A program made the translations under genes and the position numbers. Positions 1-13,954 of a stretch of 64,000 bases of DNA are shown here, piece by piece. The DNA is taken from NCBI GenBank assembly GCA_964016885.1, contig OZ024743.1:13826001-13890000 (forward strand). The letters run 5' to 3'. The stretch's first letter is position 1; every line of letters begins with the position of its first letter. Below the pieces are notes generated by a model, which saw only the letters and a list, made by a program, of their open reading frames with translations, searched no databases and was not told where the DNA came from. Origin of the DNA: Eledone cirrhosa (taxonomy: Eukaryota).

Positions 1-469
1 AATATAATGAAAATATATATTAAACATACGAACACAAACTCATAGATACTATATCAGTAACCACAACACCACCACATCCATCATCGCCGCCACCACTCAT
101 TCAATGCTACTGACACTATTCCCCTGTTAACTTGAGAGAGAAAAGGGAAGGTGGTGGTAGCACTAGACAAGAGAGAGGCTAGCAAAAGATATAAATAGAT
201 TGACTTGGTAACCTTGCCACGGACAAATGTCTACATCAACAATTATGGGACTGCTAGCTCACCCCTTCCTCACCAACAATATAAAAAGCCCCGGCACCAC
301 CACCGACATAGCCAGCAGCAATAACAGCCAACTACAACAAAAAGTATATTATATTATTGTAATGCACTGGGTGATTGCTGGCCTGGAGTGGAGACAATTA
401 TTAATAATTTCATTCTTAAGCCACGCAATGCTCACATTAAGGAACCACTCATGATAATAACAATTTAAA

Positions 470-3400
470 AAAAACAACAAAAAGAAAACCCCGTGACCAA
501 GAAATACCGGGATGGCGGCCGGCGGGGAATAGCCATGTCTCTAGGGGAGAACGACCCCTCTAGTCTTGGTTGACACTCGTTCTAGAAGTGGTAACACGAA
601 AAGATTACCCCTTGGCGGATAAGGATAAAACGCGACAAAATAAAGTAGATGTCTAATGATGAAATCTCATACCGGATCGGCCGTCACCCGGGTAAAAAAG
701 GGCCGCGTCCCTCAGAGAGGAACCAGACTGGGGTCGAAAAATCAGCTAATGGTTCAAACCTTCCCATCACTTCGGAGCTGGAGACCTCCCATAACCGGAA
801 TACTCCTACTGTTGGCCCTCCATGCTCACCACCAAGAAATCCAAAGAAAAAGAGAGAAAAATGGTCAAGGGAAGATAATAAAGAAGTCCTTGAGGCTTTC
901 TACACTGCCATGTACTACCCATCAAATACATCGAATACAGAGCAAACATATATCAACTGGAAAAAGAAACATCCCGAAAACAGAGGCTATATTGACAGTA
1001 ACAAACTAGCCAATATACGAAGAAATATTGTAAGAAAAAAGTTACTAACTGATATAGAAATTGATCAGATCAAGCTAGTAGCACAAAGTCAGCGAAGGGA
1101 AAATGAAGCATGTGTCAGTGAAAACGAGGTAAACTGTAACACTTCGAATCCCAGAGTTGGGGCGGAATCACTGGCAACAGAACAAATTAAAGAAAGGAGC
1201 GAAAAAGTGGAGGGAGTGCATGCTCAGGATGAAACTCCAAATGAAAATAATGAGATCGTAAATGATAAAGAAATGAATGAGAATGAACTTGCCAACTTGA
1301 AGGATGAAATTATGATCGAATGGATGAAAATGAAAGAATCTGACATGGGGGAACGAGACACCCTCCCTAAGATCCAGAACTCCAAACAGAACCAAAAGAT
1401 AATACACAAGACAAACATAATTCTCAAAAACATTATCATCACAAACAAACATTACTGACTTAAATCATCTCTATTATGCATCGGCTAAAGTCGCCACTCA
1501 CTTATGTGGAGTGAAGATGAAAAAACAAAGGAATTCCCACAAGAAATCTACTTGGCAAGATAACATCAATCGCCAAATAAACCTTCTCCGATCTGACATA
1601 GAAATTTTAACAAACTATAAAGTAGGTGAACATGTTAAACAAACTAAACTTAGAAAATTGAAAAAAAAGTACAGTATAAGATCAACATGTGACATAGACA
1701 TGCTGATAGAAACAATCAAGCAAAAAGTGTCGGCCAAAGCTGCTCGTATAAGGCGCTTTGAAAAACGATCTAGATTCTATAAGGACAATAATATGTTCAA
1801 AAACAACCAAAGAAACTTCTACATAAAAATTGGTAAGTCAACAATAACTGCTAAATCAATACCACCCAAGGAGGAAGTGCAAGAATTCTGGGAAAAGATC
1901 TGGGCCGAAGAAAAAGTTCATAACATACATGCCCCATGGATAGACAGACAAATGAAAGAAACAGCTCACCTTGAAGAACAAACATGGGAAAATATAACAG
2001 TTGAACAGCTGCGCTTGGCTCTAAGAAAAACCAGCAAATGGAAATCCCCAGGAAAAGACAAAATACAAAACTTTTGGATAAATGCCTTCACAGAGTCTCA
2101 TGAGCTGTTAGCCCAACTTTACAATGAAATAGTTAAGGAGCCAGAAAAGATACCATCATGGCTAATTAACGGCATTAGATTCCTGCTACCGAAGAATGAT
2201 GAGACAAACAATCCCAAAAATTACAGACCGATAACCTGCTTGACCACAATGTATAAAATTTTAACATCAGTCCTAACTGAATACACATATGACCACCTGA
2301 TAACAAATGACCTATTTCCCATTGAGCAGAAAGGGTGTAAACGAGGCTCATATGGCTGTAAGGATCAGCTTCTGGTTAACAAAATGATACTGGAAGATTG
2401 TCATAATAGACACAAAAATCTATCGATTGCTTGGATAGATTATAAAAAAGCATTTGATAGTTTGCCACACAGTTGGATTGAAAAATGTTTAGAGATTTTC
2501 AAAATATCCCCCGTTATCAGGAGGTTTTTGTCATTCAGTATGAGGACATGGAGAACGACACTCCTTTTGAATAGTGAAACAAAATCACTGGAAGCTGGAG
2601 AAGTTAACATTAATTGTGGAATTTTTCAGGGTGACTCTTTATCACCGCTTTTATTCTGCATCGCACTTATACCATTAAGTAAAATGCTCAATGAAACAAA
2701 ACATGGATATAGAGTCTATGACAAAACCATTAATCACCTGTTCTACATGGATGACCTGAAACTATTTGCAAAAAATGATGAACAATTGCAAGGGCTATTA
2801 TCCACTGTGAAGCAGTTCAGTGATGACATTAAAATGGAGTTTGGACTGGATAAATGCGCCAAAGCAACGTTCACCAGAGGAAAGCTGCTGAAGAGTTCAG
2901 ACATTAATCTTGATCGGGGGAACGTGATAAGAGAGCTTGATCAAGAACAAACTTACAAATATCTAGGTGTTTGTGAAGGAGACGGAATCAAGCACTCGAC
3001 AATGAGGGAAAGGATAAGGAAGGAATGTTACCGCAGAGTCAGAGCAATCTTAAGAACGGAATTGAATGCAAGGAATAGGATCGATGCCATAAACACGCTT
3101 GCCATACCAGTAGTAACCTACAGTTACAATGTCATCAACTGGTCAAGCACAGAGATCCGTAGGCTCGATACAAAAATCCGAAAATTCTTAACCATGCACA
3201 GAATGCATCACCCTAAGGCAGACATAGATAGAATATATCTCCCTAGGAAAGAAGGAGGACGTGGGTTAATCCAGTTAGACATTGTGTTGAAAACTGCAAC
3301 AATTGGATTATCCACATATCTAAGGGAATCACATGATTGGATGATCAAACTCGTTTTGAAACACGAAAGCACCAAAAGATCATATTCCATTACAAAAGAT

Positions 3401-4434
3401 GCACAAAGATACAGTAATGGACTACAAATTTCAGAAGTCCCATTTACTGCTGAAATGGAAAACACAGAAAAAGCAAAGCAGGTAAAAGTAACTGCAAAGA
3501 AAGAACTGCTACAGAAACTGGTTAAGAAATGGCAAGAAAAGCCTCTGTATGGAAAATACCCAGAGCGAGCTAACAATCCTGATGTTGACAAAACTTTAAC
3601 CTATCAGTGGTTGGCATCCTCTGGACTGAAATCGGAGACTGAAGGACTGATTATATCCGCACAAGATCAGTGTCTGCCAACAAAAAATTACCAAGCCAAC
3701 ATAATACAAAATGGGTGCAGCCCATTATGCCGTGTATGCAAAAAACAACCAGAGACCATTGACCATATAATTTCAATGTGCAGTCCTATAGCTCCAACCG
3801 AATACCTAAACAGGCATGACAGAGCTGCACAATACATACATTGGATAATGTGCAAGCATTTTCACCTGCCCCATCAAAAGAATTGGTGGGAGCATCAACC
3901 ACCTCCCATACTTGAAAAAGATCACATCTCAATCTTGTGGAACTTTAGCATCCAAACAGACCGAAAAATAGATGCAAATAGACCTGATATAATATTGAAG
4001 GACTTTCAAAGGAGGGTATGCCTGCTAATTGATATGTCTGTTCCAATAGACAAGAATGTATCTATAAAAACATTTGAAAAATTGAGCAAGTATAAGGACC
4101 TGGAGATAGAAATTAGAAAAATGTGGAAATTGAGAACTAAAACAATACCAGTGGTTGTAGGCGCTCTGGGAATGATACCTAAGGGGTCTAACGACTACTT
4201 ATCGCAAATCCCAGGAAACCCGCGTATAGGAGAAATACAAAAGATAGTACTAATGGGAACTGCCCATATACTAAGGAAGATCCTGTCAATATAAGTACAT
4301 CACAAGTCTAAACACTAAGGATGCATGTGTGAATATGTGTGTTCTTTCTTGAACATGGCGGACCTTGTTGTCTCTTGAGGTCACTGGTTGTGACTTGGTG
4401 ATAACTCGTATAAACATAAAGCAAGATAAATGCA

Positions 4435-4482
<48 letters not shown>
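470..4482 (+). mobile_element. R4/Dong-like RLE non-LTR retrotransposon, family 1 copy 1 (near full length)
   Basis: Single long ORF region 649-4294. 3' UTR hairpin AGGTCAC-tggtt-GTGACTT (~4378-4397), then an (AAT)n tail 4435-4482. 5' boundary approximate. Confidence 0.9.
649..4294 (+). pseudogene. RT-RLE polyprotein (~1216 aa if repaired), one frameshift at ~1450
   Basis: ORFs 649-1458 and 1511-4294 join if the 5 nt TAAAC present in copy 2 (6611-6615) are restored. Motifs: [51 protein letters not shown] knuckle CRVC...HIISMC, RHD, RPDI..D and K..KY of a restriction-like endonuclease. Confidence 0.92.
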
Positions 4483-4664
4483 TGTTTCTACTTTAGGCAC
4501 AAGGCCAGCAATTACCCAGTGAATTACTGGTACTTTATTTTATCGACCCTGTAAGGATGAAAGGCAAAGTCAACCTCGGCGGGATTTGAACTCAGATCAT
4601 AAAGGGACGTAACTATGCTGGAAAGCATGGCGTCCGACCCTCTACCGATACTGCCAATCCACCG
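4483..4664 (-). mobile_element. tRNA-derived CORE-type SINE (octopod-like)
   Basis: Minus strand reads A-box-like TGGCAGTATCGG, B-box-like GAGTTCAAATCC, then GCCTTTCATCCT..GGGTCGATAAA. Repeated elsewhere in the window. Confidence 0.85.
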
Positions 4665-5624
4665 TAATAAGTGGTAGAAGGTCATGAAATCGCTCCCGTA
4701 AGTTTTTGATTTTTAACATATTTAAATCAATTGTGAAATAACATTTCTTAGTACAAATGTTGCATAAACCACCGAGTCAAACCCCATCAAATTTCGGATC
4801 CATATTATATTGTTATATCGCTCAAATATTCAATTTTGTATTATATATTTTGCATTCAAAAACAGAAAATGGTATAAATGGAAGAAAACACCCTCTGTCT
4901 ACACTATATAGAACAGCCAAATAACAGCAATTTCACCAACACCAGAAACTTGATACACCACCTACCCCATCACACTAAACATCACAGCCAGATAACGGCA
5001 ATTTCACCACCACCACCACCAATCCCAGCATCATAATAATAATTACTATTATTATTGTCTCAAGTTTTTTTTTAAAATGTTTGATCCCAATTTTACGGGA
5101 ATATGTCAACACAATATATATTAACCATACGCGACACACACTCATATATACTACATATCACAAAACTCAGTAACGTCAAAGCCACCGCCGCCACCACCCC
5201 ACCCCATCCATCATTGCTACCACTATCCCATCACCGCCGCCACCACTCCTTCATTGCTACCACCACTATTCCCCTGTTAACTTGAGAGAGAAAGGGGAAG
5301 GTGGCGGTATCACTAGACAAGGGAGAAGCTAGCAAAAGATATAAATAGATTGACTTAGTGACCTGGCCACCGGCCAAACGTCAACATCAACAACTATGGC
5401 ACTGCTAGCTCACCCCTTCCTCACCAACAATATAAAAATCCCCAGCACCACCACCGACATACCCAACAACAATAACAGGCAACTTCAGCAAAAAGTATAT
5501 TATATTATTGTAATGCACTGGGAGATTGCTGGCCTTGTGCCTGGAGTGGAGACAATTATTAATAATTTCATTCTTAAGCCACGCAATGCTCACATTAAGG
5601 AACCACTCATGATAATAAACATTT

Positions 5625-8600
5625 AAAAAAAAAACAACAAAAAGAAAACCCCGTGACCAAGAAATACCGGGATGGCGGCCGGCGGGGAATAGCCGTGTCT
5701 CCTGGGGAGAACGACCCCTCTAGTCTTGGTTGACACTCGTTCTAGAAGTGGTAACACGAAATGATTACCCCTTGGCGGATAAGGATAAAACGCGACAAAA
5801 TAAAGTAAATGTCTAATGATAAAATCTCATACCGGATCGGCCGTCACCCGGGTAAAAAAGGGCCGCGTCCCTCAGAGAGGAAACAGACTGGGGTCGAAAA
5901 ATCAGCTAATGGTTCAAACCTTCCCATCACTTCGGGGCTGGAGACCTCCCATAACCGGAATACTCCTACTGTTGGCCCTCCATGCTCACCACCAAGAAAT
6001 CCAAAGAAAAAGAGAGAAAAATGGTCTAGGGAAGATAATAAAGAAGTCCTTGAGGCTTTCTACACTGCCATGTACTACCCATCAAATACATCGAATACAG
6101 AACAGACATATATCAACTGGAAAAAGAAACATCCCGAAAACAGAGGCTATATTGACAGCAACAAACTAGCCAATATATGACGAAATATTGTAAGAAAAAA
6201 GTTACTAACTGATATAGAAATTGATCAGATCAAGCTATTAGCACAAAGTCAGCGAAAGGAAAATGAAACATGTGTCAGTGAAAACGAGGTAAATTGTAAC
6301 ACTTCGAATCCCAGGAATGGGGCGGAATCACTAGCAACAGAACAAATTAAAGAAAGGATCGAAAAAGTGGAGGGAGTGCATGCTCAAGATGAAACTCCAA
6401 ATGAAAATAATGAGATCGTAAATGATAAAGAAGTGAATGAGAATGAACTTGCCAACTTGAAGGATGAAATTATGATCGAATGGATGTAAATGAAAGAATC
6501 TGACATGGGGCAACGAGACACACTCCCTAAGATCCAGAACTCCAAACAGAACCAAAAGATAATACACAAGACTAACATAATTCTCAAAAACATTATCATC
6601 ACAAACAAACTAAACATTACTGATTTAAATCATCTCTATTATGCATCGGCTAAAGTCACCACTCACTTATGTGGAGTGAAGATGAAAAAACAAAGGAATT
6701 CCCACAAGAAATCTACTTGGCAAGAGAACATCAACCGCCAAATAAACCTTCTCTGATCTGACATAGACATTTTAACAAACTATAAAGTAGGTGAACATGT
6801 TAAACAAACTAAACTTAGAAAATTGAAAAAAAAGTACAGTATAAAATCAACAAGTGACATAGACATGCTGATAGAAATAATCAAACAAAAAGTGTCGGCC
6901 AAAGCTGCTCGTATAAGGCGCTTTGAAAAACGATCTAGATTCTATAAGGATAATAATATGTTCAAAAACAACCAAAGAAACTTCTACAGAAAAATTCCTA
7001 AGTCAACAATAACTGCTAAATCAATACCACCCAAGGAGGAAGTGCAAGAATTCTGGGAAAAGATCTGGGCCGAAGAAAAAGTTCATAACATACATGCCCC
7101 ATGGATAGACAGACAAATGAAAGATACAGCTCACCTTGAGGAACAAATATGGGAAAATATAACAGTTGAACAGTTGCGCTTGGCTCTAAGAAAAACCAGC
7201 ACATGGAAATCCCCAGGAAAAGACAAAATACAAAACTTTTGGATAAATGCCTTCACAGAGTCTCATGAGCTGTTAGCCCAACTTTACAATGTAATAGTTA
7301 AGGAGCCAGAAAAGATACCATCATGGCTAGTTAACGGCATTACATTCCTGCTTCCGATGAATGATGAGACAAACAATCCCAAAAATTACAGACCGATAAC
7401 TTGCTTGACCACAATGTATAAAATTTTAACATCAGTCCTAACTGAATACACATATGACCACCTGATAACAAATGACCTATTCCCCATTGAGTAGAAAGGG
7501 TGTAAACGAGGCTCATATGGCTGTAAGGATCAGCTTCTGGTTAACAAAATGATACTGGAAGATTGTCATAATAGACACACAAATCTATCGATTGCTTGGA
7601 TAGATTATAAAAAAGCATTCGATAGTTTGCCACACAGTTGGATTGAAAAATGTTTAGAGATTTTAAAAATATCCCCCGTTGTCAGGAGGTTTTTGCCATT
7701 CAGTATGAAGACATGGAAAACGACACTCCTTTTGAATAGTGAAACAAAATCACTGGAAGCTGGAGAAGTTAATATTAATTGTGGAATTTTTCAGGGTGAC
7801 TCTTTATCACCGCTTTTATTCTGCATCGCACTTATACCATTAAGTAAAATGCTCAATGAAACAAAACATGGATATAAAGTCTATGACAAAACCATTAATC
7901 ACTTGTTCTACATGGATGACCTGAAACTATTTGCAAAAAATGATGAACAATTGCAAGGGCTATTATCCACTGTGGAGCAGTTCAGTGATGACATTAAAAT
8001 GGAGTTTGGACTAGACAAATGCGCCAAAGCAACGTTCACCAGAGGAAAGCTGCTGAAGAGTTCAGACATTAATCTTGATCGGGGGAACGTGATTAGAGAA
8101 CTTGATCAAGAAAAAGCTTACAAATATCTAGGTGTTTGTGAAGGAGACGGAATCAAGCACTCGACAATGAGGGAAAGGATAAGGAAGGAATGTTACCGCA
8201 GAGTAAGAGCAATCTTAAGAACGGAATTGAATGCAAGGAATAGGATCGATGCCATAAACACGCTTGCCATACCAGTAGTAACCTAGTTACAATGTCATCA
8301 ACTGGTCAAGCACAGAGATCCGTAGGCTCGATACAAAAATTCGAAAATTCTTAACCATGCACAGAATGCTTCACCCTAAGGCAGATACAGATAGAATATA
8401 TCTCCCTAGGAAAGAAGGAGGACGTGGGTTAATCCAGTTAGACATTGCGTTGAAAACTGCAACAATTGGATTATCTACATATCTAAGGGAATCACATGAT
8501 TGGATGATCAAACTCGTTTTGAAACACGAAAGCATCAAAAGATCATATTCCATTACAAAAGATGCACAAAGATACAGTAATGGACTACAAATTTCAGACG

Positions 8601-9620
8601 TCCCATTTACTGCTGAAATGGAAAACACAGAAAAAGCAAACCAGATAAAAGTAACTGCAAAGAAAGAACCGCTACAGAAACTGGCTAAGAAATGGCAAGA
8701 AAAGCCTCTGTATGGAAAATACCCAGAGCGAGCCAACAATCCTGATGTTGACAAAACTTTAACCCACCAGTGGTTGGCATCCTCTGGACTGAAATCGGAG
8801 ACTGAAGGACTGATTATATCAGCACAAGATCAGTGTCTGCCAACAAAAAATTACCATGCCAACATAATAAAAAATGGATGCAGCCCATTATGCCGTGTAT
8901 GCAAAAAACAACCAGAGACCATTGGCCATATAATTTCAATGTGCAGTCCTATAGCTCCAACCGAATACCTAAACAGGCATGACAGAGCTGCACAATACAT
9001 ACATTGGATAATGTGTAAGCATTTTGACCTGCCCCATCAAAAGAATTGGTGGGAGCATCAACCACCTCCCATACTTGAAAAAGATCACATCTCAATCTTG
9101 TTGAACTTTAGCATCCAAACAGACCGAAAAATAGATGCAAATAGACCTGATATAATATTGAAGGACTTCAAAAAGAGGGTATGCCTGCTAATTGATATGT
9201 CTGTTCCAATAGACAAGAATGTATCTATAAAAATATTTGAAAAATTGAGCAAGTATAAGGACCTGGAGATAGAAATTGGAAAAATGTGGAAATTGAGAAC
9301 TAAAACAATACCAGTGGTTGTAGGCGCTCTGGGAATGATACCTAAGGGGTCTAATGATTACTTATCGCAAATATCAGGAAACCCGCGTATAGGAGAAATA
9401 CAAAAGATAGTACTAATGGGAACTGCCCATATACTAAGGAAGATTCTGTCAATATAAGTACATCACAAGTCTAAACACTAAAGATGCATGTGTGAGTATG
9501 TATGTTCTTTCTTGAACATGGCGGACCTTGTTGTCTCTTGAGGTCACTGGTTGTGACTTGGTGATAACTCGTATGAACATAAAGCAACATAAATGCAACT
9601 GTAATAATAATAATAATTAT
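5625..9620 (+). mobile_element. R4/Dong-like retrotransposon, family 1 copy 2 (tandem, decayed)
   Basis: Colinear with copy 1 at ~5160 bp offset, a few percent diverged. Same 3' UTR and a short (TAA)n tail at ~9602. Confidence 0.9.
5809..9457 (+). pseudogene. RT-RLE polyprotein pseudogene
   Basis: Stops at ~6178, ~6487, ~6754 and ~7492 plus a 2-nt deletion at ~8284 relative to copy 1. Same motifs as copy 1. Confidence 0.92.
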
Positions 9621-9927
9621 TATTATTATTATCATCATTATTTTTTATCATTATTATTATTGTTGTTGTGGTTGCTGTTGTTGTTGGTGTTGCTGTTGTT
9701 GTTATTATTTGTGTATAACGTCCATCTATTTTGCATAGCAATCACATTAACTTGTGGAAAAATTACCCTTTTGTACTCGCCAGACATCATTGCAATTGAT
9801 GAGAGGTAAGTGTGACGGCGAAGATGATTTTAAAATTCAGTCTTGTTTTACTACTGGTGTTCCTTTAAACAAGAACATCAACAACAACAACAACAACAAA
9901 AGCATCAGCAATAATGGTCTCTTATAT

Positions 9928-10126
9928 AGGCACAAGGCAAGCAATTTTTGGGGAAGGGAAAGCCGATTAAATCGACCCCATGCATGACTGGTAATTTATT
10001 GTATCGACCTCGTAAGGATGAAAGGCAAAGTTAACCTCGGTGGGATTTGTACTCAGACCATAAAGGGCCGTAACATTTTGCTGCAAAGCTTGGCGCCAGA
10101 GCCCCTACCGATACTGCCAATCAACC
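9928..10126 (-). mobile_element. SINE, related subfamily
   Basis: GGCACAAGGC...TCGACC...AAGGATGAAAGGCAAAG...CCTACCGATACTGCCAATC on the + strand, same family as 4483-4664. Confidence 0.8.
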
Positions 10127-11199
10127 AATAACAATGATAATAATCTCTATTATAAAAGCAGAGTGGTTTCTATGTCTGTCCGTCCGTCACACTAACTTCT
10201 ATATACATGTATATAAAATACATATATTTTATGTATGTGTGCATGTATAGTTCTATGTGTGTGTGTGTGTGTGGAGGTGGGGGGGGGGCTATGTGTGTGT
10301 GTGTATGTATCTTTCATGCAACATATAGTCACTGCAATACAGACTTTACAAACATACTTTCACTACAATGACAGGGTATTGTTGTTGGTTGTGTTATTAT
10401 TGATAAAAACATACAATGAGAGAGAGAGAGGGGGAGAGAGAGAGAGAGAGTGCGCGTGTGTGTGTAAATGATAGACAGATAAGTGAAGAGTCTTATTACC
10501 ATAGTGACTAAATTGTTTTGTTTTTAAACGAGGATTTTGTAAGTACAGGCCTGTCAATAAGTGTGTAACAAATGTGTGTGTGTGTGTGTGTTTCTGTATG
10601 TTCTTCATCATTGAGACAACGCAACATAGACTTTTTAAAGATGACAATAATATATGACTGTTACACCCATATGAATATATATATATATAATAGACATAGT
10701 TAATGTTTTGGTTGTTTATGTGCGTAAGTATTTTACAGGCAGCGTAACATAACGATTTTTGCTGAGCTAACATAAGGTGGAAGACACAGACGCCACGGGT
10801 AAGGTTGTTCTCTTCCAGTACCACGATGCAGTTTTCATTATAACACATTATAACACATGGCACTGAGTTTCCAAACCTGTGTAAAAGTGAGAACAATGTC
10901 ACTCCCAACATCGTCAGCACAACTACCACCAACTCCACCACAACAACACCATCTACAACAGTAAGAGTGCCGTGAGAATAAGAACCACAGCAATTACAAA
11001 AATCAAAATTGAAAAGAAATCACCATCGCCACCAATTGATCCACCACAGATTCAGACACTGAGCCTAACAGCATGTCAGTAACCGACTATGGCATTAATA
11101 CAGCCGCAATAACCGTCATTGGGAATAGCAGTGGAAACAAAAATAAAGTCTTGTTTTAGCATTGAGTGCATAATGTGCCTGGCCATGCTGCAAGTGGAA

Positions 11200-12560
11200 A
11201 ATACCAGCCGAAACATGATCTTGTTTGTTCTCTGATCTGTTCATTGTAGGGAATCGGAGCTTGTGGCTGTTCCCACTTTGATGGCCTACCCCGTCGAGTT
11301 TAGTAAGAGGGGTCGCAAAGCTGCGCAATCCCGAAGAGGTCCGTACACAACTACCACCTCTTGCGAGACATCATAGAGATGGAAGGAAGTACATGTGGCT
11401 TCGGTGGAGCTATGTTCAATTTAGATCAATTGACAGATTTCGATAGGTTCGACGATCGATTTATGGAGGCTATCCTTATTGCATCTGGCTTCAGGTATTT
11501 CTTCAGAAACGGGTCCACTGCAACGCATAACGGCATCAGTTCGGTGGTGAAAGTGATTGGCCACCTTTAGGAACCGTTTCAGATCACGCCATTGGTCCGT
11601 GAAGTGTGTCCTCTATCTTCCATACCATACGCATTGATTCTCGATCTTTTACTACCGATGGGGAAGGGATGTGTCGGCATATGCTGATGATATGACCGTG
11701 ATTGTGTGGAACACCTCAGAAAGGGCGAGGTTTCATTGACGAGGCGGTCCATCTGCTGTCAACACCCTCTAGGCGAAGACGCGGTTATGCCTTTGCTGAT
11801 GATGCCCTGAGACGCTGGCATTTTCAATTATTCTTAAACGATGAACAGGTGTGGTCGTCGATTTTGTGATAGGCCTTTACGCAACTTGTCTCTTTGACTG
11901 AGCTGAAGCTCTGTGTGAAGAAATGACCAGGACTGGCGCCTGGCATGTGGGATATTAGCAGGCGTTCACTTCCCCCTATCAATCGAGCAATGCGGTCATT
12001 TGAATTTTCACTCTAGAGTTCTATAGAGGATATGTGGTGCGCAAGTGCGACGACCCTATCAGAGAAGTCCTAGGGGTCAAGCGATCGAACTGACCAGTTT
12101 GTTCCGAAGTATTTTCCTGCCGAGGACGATGGATAAATTCTACACCCCCGAATATTCAGTCTGACAGACCTGTCCGAGATACGCGCAGGCCAACGAAATT
12201 GTTCTGTACGCTCTCAAGTGTCACTGTATTACCGAGTCGTGGAGTTATGTGAAACTGCAGTTATCACGTGTGGGATCGCTCTGGCTACCAACCGAGTCCA
12301 GGGTGATGATCGCCCATCCACCTTCTTTTGGCCGAGAAGGGTAGGCAGTTTTCCTCGGCCTACTAGTTGTAACAAAAGAGATTGTGTGCTGGACGAGGCT
12401 TAAAGGTCTGAAAACAGACACTTTTCTCTTCGATCCATCACTCATAATCTCTTTCACTTAGAAAGGAAGGTGAGGGTGGAGAAGAACGTTCTGTTTTCCC
12501 AGTTCATTTGCAAAAAGGTGAGTTTAAGTCATCTCAGTTTCAGTGTACGGGTAAAAGCAG
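11200..12560 (+). pseudogene. Degraded L1/Tx1-like reverse transcriptase relic
   Basis: NLDQLTDFDRFDDRFMEAILIASGF resembles LDQxKAFDRV; a CPLS-like stretch at ~11605; VSAYADDMTVIV at ~11670. Many stops and frameshifts. Confidence 0.7.
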
Positions 12561-12618
12561 AATCTGTTTGTTCAAAATTTAACACGTGTTGATAATGTAA
12601 ATATATATATATATATAT

Positions 12619-13887
12619 ACTATTAATAATGAGTTCAAAACTCAGGCAGTCCTTTACAATGAAATAGCTCAAAGAAAGAAGTATTTCTGAGCCGTGTAAT
12701 ACAAGTTAATATAAATTAATATATTTGATAAACACAAATACCAACATATCCGTGTTTGTATTGTAAATGACTAAGTTAGCTAGATTGAAAAATACTAATT
12801 ATAATAATACAGTTTGCCTGTCTCGATTTAAAATGATAAATCAATAAAAAAAAAAGCATATTGACAAATGATTAATAGTATCACTGCTCCTTATGTAGAG
12901 CTAAGTTTAGCCCCATATAAACGGCTGTTATTTCTAGCAGCACGAGTATGCGGCAGCTAGATACTGGATGTGTGAAAAACCATGTGCGTTAAACAGTCTT
13001 TTTAAATATTTTGAAGTGAAACATACCAATGTTTTCTGGTGCTTGCTAAGGAGATCTAAATGCGGTATTTTTTCACTTTTTCATTTTTCGGACTTATTTG
13101 GATTTAAAGGTTTAAACCTGTCTACGGAACAGGTTTGATTTTGAAATTTAAATTTGTCCAAGCACCATGGCCATTTGCCAATATGCTTTGTTTTTATTGA
13201 TTTATTATTTTAAATTGAGACAGGCAAACTGTACTATTATAATTTGTATTTTTCAATCTAGCTAACTTAGTCATTTACAATACAAACAAGGATATGTTGG
13301 TATTTGTGTTTATCAAATATATTAATTTATATTAACTTGTATTACACGGCTCAGAAATACTTCTTTCTTTGAGCTATTTCATTGTAAAGGACTGCCTGAG
13401 TTTTGAACTCATTATTAATAGTATCACTGCTCCTTATGTAGAGCTAACTTTAGCCCCATATAAACGGCTGTTATTTCTAGCAGCACGAGTATGCGGCAGC
13501 TAGACACTGGATAACCATGTGCGAAAAACCATGTGCGTTAAACAGTCTTTTAAAATATTTTGAAGTGAAACATACCAATGTTTTCAGGTGCTTGCTAAGG
13601 AGATCTAAATGCGGTATTTTTTCACTTTTTCATTTTTCGAAACTTATTTGGATTTTAAGGTTTAAACCTGTCTACGGAACAGGTTTGATTTTGAAATTTA
13701 AATTTGTCCAAGCACCACGGACATTTGCCAATATGCTTTGTTTTTATTGATTTATTATTTTAAATCGAGACAGGCAAACTGTATTATTATAATTAGTATT
13801 TTTCAATCTAGCTAACTTAGTCATTTACAATACAAACACGGATATGTTGGTATTTGTGTTGATCAATTATATTAATTTATATTAACT

Positions 13888-13891
<4 letters not shown>
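12619..13891. mobile_element. PLE-terminus-derived element, family D: ~250-bp arm with tail plus ~1.9 tandem ~545-bp units in the opposite orientation
   Basis: 12619-12870 is the reverse complement of ~13170-13420. 12871-13413 recurs from 13414 to 13891. Flanked by (TA)n. Unit encodes a WILRFKPVYGTGL stretch like a GIY-YIG C-terminus (W-I-x-K...GLN in the 22.6 kb copy). Confidence 0.7.

Positions 13892-13950
<59 letters not shown>

Positions 13951-13954
<4 letters not shown>

Noticed and set aside
3208-3591. Antisense ORFs within the Dong elements (also 8371-8754, 55680-55982, 57787-58089)
   Set aside because: Shadow frames conserved only because the copies are recent duplicates.
9739-9811. 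Possible host exon ending AG|GTAAGT
   Set aside because: Splice-like signals only. There is no recognisable protein or partner exon.
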